Assembly: GCA_035476235.1 (NCBI GenBank) | Contig: DATILQ010000257.1 | Coordinates: 1-63,156 of the forward strand | Reading direction: 5' to 3' | Length of the DNA stretch: 63,156 bases | From: Burkholderiales bacterium | GTDB taxonomy: Bacteria > Pseudomonadota > Gammaproteobacteria > Burkholderiales > SG8-39 | Shown here: positions 56,965 to 63,156 of the stretch, one piece after another | How the letters are laid out: each line of letters begins with the position of its first letter | How positions within the stretch are numbered: position 1 is the first letter of the stretch | Translations under genes and position numbers: made by a program | Notes under the pieces: model-generated | What the model was told of the DNA's origin: nothing | What the model saw: only the letters and a program-made list of their open reading frames with translations | The model's database searches: none

Positions 56965-57705
56965 TCATTTGTAGGGGAAACCGCCCTCTGATACCGCGTG
57001 GCGCAATGCTTCCATCGCGTCGCCTACTCGGGCAGGGTTGCCCCGCACGCCCAGTTCGACATGAATTCGGCTGCCGTCCTCCCCCATCGAGGGCAGGCTG
57101 AACACCTTCACATCCGGAAAGCGCACCCCCACTGCTTCCATCGCCGGGATCAGCTGGCTCTCGCCAGCTTCGTAAACCAGGATTGATCTTTCCTCCCAGC
57201 GGTCGCGGTCAAACAACGGCTGGTACTGGGTATCAAGCACCCATTCGACCATTGGCGCCGCCATCTGCGGAAAGCCCGGTACGAAATGGTGTTCTCGCAG
57301 CGAGAACCCCGGGATCCGATTCACCGGATTGGGAATGATCCGCGCGCCTTCTGGAAATTCGCCCATCTTCAGCCGCTGCGGAGTCGCGTCGCCACCGAAG
57401 CGCGCACGGATCTCCCGCTCGGCATCCGGATGCAGGCGCAATGCCACACGCGTCGCCGCCGCTGCGCACTGGCGGGTGTGATCGTCAGGCGTCGCCCCGA
57501 TCCCCCCAAAGCTGAAGACCACTTCGCCCGAGGCGAAACTTAGCTTGAGCGCCGCCGTCAGGCGCTCGGGATCGTCGCCGAGATATTGCGCCCAGGCGAG
57601 CCGCAAGCCGCGCTTTGCCAGGGCACCAATGAGGAAGGCGAGGTGTTTGTCCTGGCGCTTTCCTACGAGGATTTCGTCCCCGATGATGAAGGCGCCGAAT
57701 GCCAA
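56965..57705 (-). CDS. CinA-like molybdopterin-binding (MoCF_BD) domain protein
   Basis: It has IIGDEIL.G...D.H and the GGIG.T.DD motif. Confidence 0.72.
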   Translation of the reverse strand: MAFGAFIIGDEILVGKRQDKHLAFLIGALAKRGLRLAWAQYLGDDPERLTAALKLSFASGEVVFSFGGIGATPDDHTRQCAAAATRVALRLHPDAEREIRARFGGDATPQRLKMGEFPEGARIIPNPVNRIPGFSLREHHFVPGFPQMAAPMVEWVLDTQYQPLFDRDRWEERSILVYEAGESQLIPAMEAVGVRFPDVKVFSLPSMGEDGSRIHVELGVRGNPARVGDAMEALRHAVSEGGFPYK

Positions 57706-57706
57706 A

Positions 57707-58444
57707 TTACGCCGCCTTTTTGGCCCATTGCTGCAGGTCTTCCAGGCCGCCGATATGCTTGCCGTTGATGAAGACCTGCGGCACCGTCCCGCGGCTGGTG
57801 AGGGCGCCGATCACGCGCGTGCGGATTCTGTGGTCAAGCGCTACCTCGGCGTAATCGTAGCCAAGATCCTTCAGGAGAACCTTTGCTTTTGCGCAGTAGT
57901 CGCAGCCTTCGCGGGTAAGTATGGCCACCTGGTCGGGCTTCTTTGCCTTGGGATTGACGTAGTTCAGCATCGTATCGGCATCCGATACCTCGTACGGGTC
58001 GCCGGGCTTTTCCGGCTCGATGAACATCTTCTGGATCACGCCGTCCTTCACCAGCATCGAATAGCGCCATGAGCGCTTGCCGAAGCCGAGCTCGGACTTG
58101 TCTACCAGCATGCCCATCTTCTCCGTGAACTCGCCGTTCCCATCCGGCAGCATTGTGATGTTGCCCGCCTCCTGCGCGGCCGCCCACTCGCTCATGACGA
58201 ATGGATCATTGACCGAGACGCAGACGATCTTGTCCACTCCATTGGCGTAGAACGCCGGCGCCAACTCGTTATAGCGCGGCACGTGCACGGACGAGCAGGT
58301 CGGCGTGAACGCCCCGGGCAGGGAAAATACCACCACGGTCTTGCCCTTGAAAATGTCGTCGGCGGTGACGCTTCTCCACTCGTTGGCGGCGCGGATGCGG
58401 AACGTCACCTGAGGAACTCTCTGTCCTTCGCGGTTGGCGAACAT
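57707..58444 (-). CDS. Hybrid peroxiredoxin-glutaredoxin (Prx5-Grx fusion)
   Basis: The N-terminal part carries PGAFTPTCS (the Prx5 peroxidatic Cys). The C-terminal part carries CDYC and TVPQVFI.GKHIGG (glutaredoxin). The start is ATG 58444. Confidence 0.9.
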   Translation of the reverse strand: MFANREGQRVPQVTFRIRAANEWRSVTADDIFKGKTVVVFSLPGAFTPTCSSVHVPRYNELAPAFYANGVDKIVCVSVNDPFVMSEWAAAQEAGNITMLPDGNGEFTEKMGMLVDKSELGFGKRSWRYSMLVKDGVIQKMFIEPEKPGDPYEVSDADTMLNYVNPKAKKPDQVAILTREGCDYCAKAKVLLKDLGYDYAEVALDHRIRTRVIGALTSRGTVPQVFINGKHIGGLEDLQQWAKKAA

Positions 58445-58547
58445 GAACTGACTCCTGGCTCTGGGATTCAAAAATGGAAAGGCAGAGTCTAGGAACGTAC
58501 GTTCGAGGTGGCCAATGGTTTGTTCGAATGAGAACGATAGTTGCAAC

Positions 58548-59267
58548 CTAATCGTGCTGCCGCGCGGCCTGAAGGGCGCCGAGCAGGTAGTAAATGAAAG
58601 CGAGCCCGAAAACGACTGGCGCGAAAAACCCGAGGATCGGCACGTAGGCCAGCAGCGCCAGTTGCAGACCGAGCAGGTACAGGCCCCCGCGCCGCTCTCG
58701 GAAGATCCGCGCCATCTCGGCCCGGTCGGCATGCTCGGCCAAGGCGTCATAGCGCAGGAGCCTTTGATTGCCCCAGCCGAGGATCGCCACCGGGATGAGG
58801 GGCCACAGCGGCGGCAGCAGCCAGAGCGGCAGGGTAAGGATGCCAAGGCCGAGCATCCCGAAAAGCGCGACCAAGCCGTTCCACCCGCTCCCCGCGACCC
58901 CGCCGCCGCGGCGCCTCTCCAGATCCGGGAAGGAACGGAGCGCCACGTGATCGACCATCGCCTGCATGCCGAAGATGCCGAGGATGAATAAAGCAGTGAG
59001 GTAAACCAGAGGCACGAACACGAGGAACAGCAGCACGTGCGCCGCGATGAGGGTGGCGTCGCCGAGGTTGAAGTTCGCGAAGAACATCGCCGTTTCGAGC
59101 CAGCGCTGCAGCACTCCGGCAATCAGGGTCGCAACGCGTACCCATAGTGCGATTGCCACAGTGCCCCAGATGGCGAGCGCGATCAGCATCGGCCATAACA
59201 TCAGCCAGAGCATGCGGGGATGCAGCAGGTTGGCGACGCCGTACAACAGCGAACGTGCGATGCTCAT
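58548..59267 (-). CDS. EI24/CysZ-like (DUF540) membrane protein
   Basis: It is a multi-TM protein of 239 aa whose topology and length fit the EI24/CysZ family. Its ATG overlaps the hrpA stop region (4-nt overlap). Confidence 0.6.
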   Translation of the reverse strand: MSIARSLLYGVANLLHPRMLWLMLWPMLIALAIWGTVAIALWVRVATLIAGVLQRWLETAMFFANFNLGDATLIAAHVLLFLVFVPLVYLTALFILGIFGMQAMVDHVALRSFPDLERRRGGGVAGSGWNGLVALFGMLGLGILTLPLWLLPPLWPLIPVAILGWGNQRLLRYDALAEHADRAEMARIFRERRGGLYLLGLQLALLAYVPILGFFAPVVFGLAFIYYLLGALQAARQHD

Positions 59268-62200
59268 TTGCGCAGAGTCTGCCAGAGTTTCGCCAGGCGT
59301 TTGGCCGACGCGGGGAGCGGGGTGCGCAACTCCTGCGCGAAGAGCGAAACACGCAGTTCCTCGACCAGCCAGCCGAACTGCTCGAGCTGCAGCGTAACCG
59401 CGCCCTGCCGCAGGCGCGTGGCAAGCTCCCGCCGGTAAGGCTGCTCGACGGATGCCAGTTCCACGGCCAGACGCGCATCACGCGCCGGGTCGGCGCGCAG
59501 CTTGTCGAGACGCAATGACGCCGCTTTCACGTAGCGCGGCAGGTGCTGCAAGCGCTCCCACGGAGTGCGCGCGAGCCAGCCGGGCGCGAGGAGCCGCCCG
59601 AGCTGCTGCTTAATGTCATCAGCGGCCTGCGGGAACCCCTTTAGTGCAGCGTCCAATTTTCTCTCCAGTGCCGCGCGCTCGGCCAGGATGCCAGAGGCGG
59701 AACGGGCGATTTCCTGGGCGATGAGATTGAACCGGCTGCGGCCGTCTTCAACGCGGCGCGCGAAGTCGGCCTGCGTCATCGGCAGCGCGCCCGAAAGAAA
59801 CGTGCGCTCGAGCGCCGCCGTGACCACGTCGGCTTTGAGCGGTCCGAGGGCGACGTCGCGCGCCAGCGTCCTCTCGAGGTCACGAATGCGGTCGCGAAAT
59901 GCGATCGCCAGCAATCGCCGCACTCCCCCGCGATGGATCTCACGTGCCTTCTCGGGAGAGTGGAGGATCTGCAGCGTGACCGCCTCACCAGCGTCGGCCA
60001 GCGCCGGATAACCGATCAGCGTCTGGCCGCCGCGTTCGATTTCCATGATTTCGGTCAGATCGCCCATGTTCCAGCCGGTGTAGCGCTCGGCTTCCAAGAG
60101 CGAAGCCTCAGTTTGCAGGATTGCCGCGGTTTTTTCCCCGAGGCTTCCTTTCAGCTCGGCCAGATCGCGATCCATGCCGAGCTGGCGCCCGCCGTCGTCG
60201 ACGACGCGGAAGTTCATATGGAGGTGCGCCGGCGCAGAGTCGGGCCGGAACGAATCGACCGGCAGGTCGAGATTGAACTTCTCGCGGATGTGGCGGGCGA
60301 GAGCCGCCGCGAGCGGCGTGTCGGAGGGCGGGACTGTCGCGCAGAACGCGGCGGCGAACTCGTCGAGCGACCCGAGCTTGTGCCGCAGACGCTGCGGGAT
60401 CGACTTCGCCATGGCCCTGATCTTCTCCTTGAGCAGTCCTGGCACCAGCCACTCGCAACGCGCCGCCGGCACCTGGTTGAGCAGCGCGAGCGGCACGGTC
60501 ATCGTGACGCCGTCGCGCGGCGAGCCGGGCTCGAAGTGGTACTCGAGAGCGAAGCGGTTCGGTCCGAGCTGCAACCCCGGCGGAAAATTGTCCGTAGTGA
60601 TGCCGGCCGCCTGGTGCCGCATCAGGTCGTCGCGTGAAAGGTAAAGCAGCCTGGGAAGTTCTTGCTCGGCGTCCTTGCGCCACTTGTCGAAGTCGGCGCC
60701 GCTCGATATGCCTTGCGGGACGCGCTCGTCGTAGAAGGCGTGCATCAGCTCCGCGTCGACCAGGATGTCCGGCCGGCGCGACTTGTGCTCGAGGCGCTCG
60801 ATCTCGGCGACGAGCCGGCGGTTGTGGGCGAAAAATGGCGCCCGCGTCTCGAAATCGCCCTCGACCAGCGCCGAGCGGATGAAGATGTCGCGCGAGAGCC
60901 TGGCGTCGAAGGACGCAAAGTCCACCCGGCGGCTGGCGTATACAGGTAGACCGTAGAGCGTGCCGCGCTCGAGCGCCACGACCTGGCCGCGGCTGCGCTC
61001 CCAATGCGGATCCTGCCGGTCGCGCTTGAGCAGGTGCGCACCGAGCTCCTCCAGCCACTTTGGATCGACATGCGCCACGGTGCGGGCGAAAAGCCGCGTG
61101 GTTTCGACCAGCTCGGCGGCGACGATCCACTTGCCGGGCTTCCTGGTCCTGGAACCGGGGTGCACCCAGAACTTGATGCCGCGCGCACCGGTGTAGCTGG
61201 CTTCCGCCTCGTCGCGCATGCCGACGTTGCCGAGCAATCCGGCGAGCAGTGCGCGGTGGGTGGCGCGATACCCCTCGGCGCTCGCGGGGTTCACCGAGGA
61301 TGCCGGCCATTTCATCTCAGCGAGCGTGGTTTCAAGCTGGGCGTGGATATCGCGCCACTCCCGCATGCGCGGGACGGAGAGGAAGTTCTCGCGGCAAGCC
61401 TTCTCGAGCTTTCCGTCAAACAGCTTCCAGAGCTTGAGGAAGGCGAGAAAATCCGAGCGTTCGTCGGCGAACTTCGCATGGCGTTCGTCGGCGGCCGCCG
61501 CGCGCTCGAGCGGGCGCTCGCGCGGATCCTGCACCGAGAGCGCCGCGGCGATGATCAACACCTGCTCGAGGCAGCCTTCGGCGCGCGCCGCGACCAGCAT
61601 GCGGCCGACGCGCGGGTCGAGCGGCAGCCTGGCGAGCTCGCCGCCGAGCTGCGTCAGCGCGTTGCGTTCATCGACGGCACCGAGCTCCGTGAGCAATGCG
61701 TAGCCGTCGGCGATCGCGCGCGGCGCCGGGGGATCGAGGAAGGGAAACTCCTCGACGTTGCCGAGCCCGAGGCTCTTTGCCCGCAGGATCACCGACGCGA
61801 GCGACGAGCGCAGCAGCTCCGGCTCGCTGAATGCAGGACGCTTCTCGAAGTCCTCTTCGGCATACAGGCGAATGCAGACGCCCTGCGCGACGCGTCCGCA
61901 GCGCCCGGCGCGCTGGCTCGCTGCCGCCCGGGAGATCGGCTCGACGCGCAGCATTTCAACCTTGTTGCGATAGCTGTATCGCTTCACTCGCGCAAGACCG
62001 GTATCGACCACGTACCGGATGCGCGGCACCGTGAGCGACGTTTCGGCGACGTTGGTGGCGAGCACGATGCGCCGCTCGCGCCCGGGCTTGAATACGCGGT
62101 CCTGGTCCGCGGCGGAAAGCCGCGCATACAAGTGAAGCAACTCCGCCTCCAGATGCCGGCGCCTCAACACCTCGGCGGTGTCGCGGATCTCCCGCTCGCC

Positions 62201-62893
62201 GGGCAGGAATACCAGAATGTCGCCCTTGCCCTCGCGACACAGTTCCTGCACCGCGTCGGCAAGTGCCTGCTCCTCCTCTTCGCGAGTCGTGTCCTCGGAG
62301 TCGCCGGCGACCGGCCGGTAGCGCATCTCCACGGGGTAAAGACGTCCCGATACCTCGATCACGGGCGCGTTGCCGAAATGCCTGGAGAAACGTTCCGCAT
62401 CGATGGTGGCCGAAGTAACGACGAGCTTGAGATCGCTGCGGATTTCGGTGAGCTTCTTGAGATAGCCGATCAGGAAATCGATATTCAGGCTGCGCTCGTG
62501 CGCCTCGTCGAGGATGATCGAGCCGTACTGCCTCAGCTCGGGATCGCCTTGCGTCTCGGCGAGGAGGATGCCGTCGGTCATCAGCTTTATCGCCGTATCC
62601 GGCCGGACGCTTTCGTGGAACCGCACCTTGTAGCCCACCAGCGCGCCGACTTTGGTCCCGAGCTCGTCGGCGACGCGCGCCGCCACGGAACGCGCGGCGA
62701 TGCGCCGCGGCTGCGTATGGCCGATGCGGCCGGCCGAGGCGCGACCCATCTCGAGGAGGATCTGCGGCAGCTGGGTCGTCTTTCCCGAGCCCGTCTCGCC
62801 GCACACAATGACCACCTGGTGCTTTTCCACGGCAGCGCGGATCGCGTCGCGCTTGGCGTTGATGGGCAGCGCGGGATCAATGCGCAGTATCAT
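59264..62893 (-). CDS. hrpA: ATP-dependent RNA helicase HrpA (DEAH-box)
   Basis: It has GETGSGKTTQLPQ, DEAHER, SAT and QRAGRCGR, followed by HA2/OB and a long C-terminal domain. The size is 1209 aa. Confidence 0.95.
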   Translation of the reverse strand: MILRIDPALPINAKRDAIRAAVEKHQVVIVCGETGSGKTTQLPQILLEMGRASAGRIGHTQPRRIAARSVAARVADELGTKVGALVGYKVRFHESVRPDTAIKLMTDGILLAETQGDPELRQYGSIILDEAHERSLNIDFLIGYLKKLTEIRSDLKLVVTSATIDAERFSRHFGNAPVIEVSGRLYPVEMRYRPVAGDSEDTTREEEEQALADAVQELCREGKGDILVFLPGEREIRDTAEVLRRRHLEAELLHLYARLSAADQDRVFKPGRERRIVLATNVAETSLTVPRIRYVVDTGLARVKRYSYRNKVEMLRVEPISRAAASQRAGRCGRVAQGVCIRLYAEEDFEKRPAFSEPELLRSSLASVILRAKSLGLGNVEEFPFLDPPAPRAIADGYALLTELGAVDERNALTQLGGELARLPLDPRVGRMLVAARAEGCLEQVLIIAAALSVQDPRERPLERAAAADERHAKFADERSDFLAFLKLWKLFDGKLEKACRENFLSVPRMREWRDIHAQLETTLAEMKWPASSVNPASAEGYRATHRALLAGLLGNVGMRDEAEASYTGARGIKFWVHPGSRTRKPGKWIVAAELVETTRLFARTVAHVDPKWLEELGAHLLKRDRQDPHWERSRGQVVALERGTLYGLPVYASRRVDFASFDARLSRDIFIRSALVEGDFETRAPFFAHNRRLVAEIERLEHKSRRPDILVDAELMHAFYDERVPQGISSGADFDKWRKDAEQELPRLLYLSRDDLMRHQAAGITTDNFPPGLQLGPNRFALEYHFEPGSPRDGVTMTVPLALLNQVPAARCEWLVPGLLKEKIRAMAKSIPQRLRHKLGSLDEFAAAFCATVPPSDTPLAAALARHIREKFNLDLPVDSFRPDSAPAHLHMNFRVVDDGGRQLGMDRDLAELKGSLGEKTAAILQTEASLLEAERYTGWNMGDLTEIMEIERGGQTLIGYPALADAGEAVTLQILHSPEKAREIHRGGVRRLLAIAFRDRIRDLERTLARDVALGPLKADVVTAALERTFLSGALPMTQADFARRVEDGRSRFNLIAQEIARSASGILAERAALERKLDAALKGFPQAADDIKQQLGRLLAPGWLARTPWERLQHLPRYVKAASLRLDKLRADPARDARLAVELASVEQPYRRELATRLRQGAVTLQLEQFGWLVEELRVSLFAQELRTPLPASAKRLAKLWQTLRK

Positions 62894-63079
62894 GACCGTC
62901 TCCGACGCTGAGACTTATGTCACAGAGCGCCGGGCTGGATTCGGAACTTCGCAACAGCCTTTCGCAGCCCGGATGAATAAACGCATTCGTTCTTGACTTT
63001 CCGGAACGACAGAAACTAGATTCAGGTCACGGCAAGCTGGCCGTGAAGCCTCTTCCCTCAACCAACCTCTGGAGCGCAG

Positions 63080-63156
63080 ATGAACCGCATGATGAATAAC
63101 ACGCTTTGCCGCATCTTGATCGCGCTGATGGTCTGGACGCCATTTCAAATGGCGCA
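63080..63156 (+). CDS. Start of an unidentified secreted or membrane protein (runs off the window)
   Basis: A GGAG lies 5 nt upstream of the ATG. The translation MNRMMNNTLCRILIALMVWTPFQMA looks like a signal peptide. Only 25 codons are visible. Confidence 0.3.
   Translation, partial: MNRMMNNTLCRILIALMVWTPFQMA

Noticed and set aside
62915-63148. A 77-aa minus-strand ORF in the hrpA upstream region.
   Set aside because: It has no SD and an odd composition. It overlaps a better plus-strand start (GGAG plus ATG 63080, with a signal-peptide-like sequence). It is most likely non-coding promoter region.

Overview
This is a 63 kb, very G+C-rich, gene-dense window with about 70 protein genes and one RNase P RNA. 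Almost all intergenic gaps are under 100 bp, and many stop and start codons overlap.

The content and synteny look like core chromosome of a betaproteobacterium; the taxon is my inference and I have no database check. Supporting gene orders are rsmI next to yraN-diaA-dolP, csp next to clpS-clpA, dut-coaBC next to radC and rpmB-rpmG, and purN-DUF3108-rsmB-like. There are hints of sulfur and PHA physiology in fccAB, tauE and a phasin.

I found no tRNA, rRNA, CRISPR array, IS element, integrase, phage gene or recognisable defence or toxin system. I therefore do not claim a clear novel system.

The observations most worth a second look are:
1. A dnaX-type A_AAA_AAG slippery heptamer lies 2 codons before the phasin stop. 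It opens into a 30-codon Lys/Arg-rich -1 frame that ends 2 nt before the terminator.
2. An 11 kb chain of 8 stop/start-overlapping genes (hyi-glcDEF, a Mo-oxidoreductase, a PAS-GGDEF protein, an ABC exporter and an SBP-permease fusion), followed 32 nt later on the same strand by pntAA-pntAB-pntB.
3. Within that chain, an importer-type SBP-TMD fusion has no importer ATPase and is overlapped by an exporter-type ABC gene.
4. The Q motif of the DEAD-box helicase lies upstream of any canonical start codon. An ATT codon overlaps the upstream gene's stop (ATTAG).
5. A signal-peptide-bearing HIRAN protein is inserted between yraN and diaA.
6. There is a tiny secreted Lys-rich repeat protein, and an A/T-richer orphan membrane ORF.

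Many long ORFs in the supplied track are antisense or frame-shadow artefacts of the high G+C content. I rejected them.
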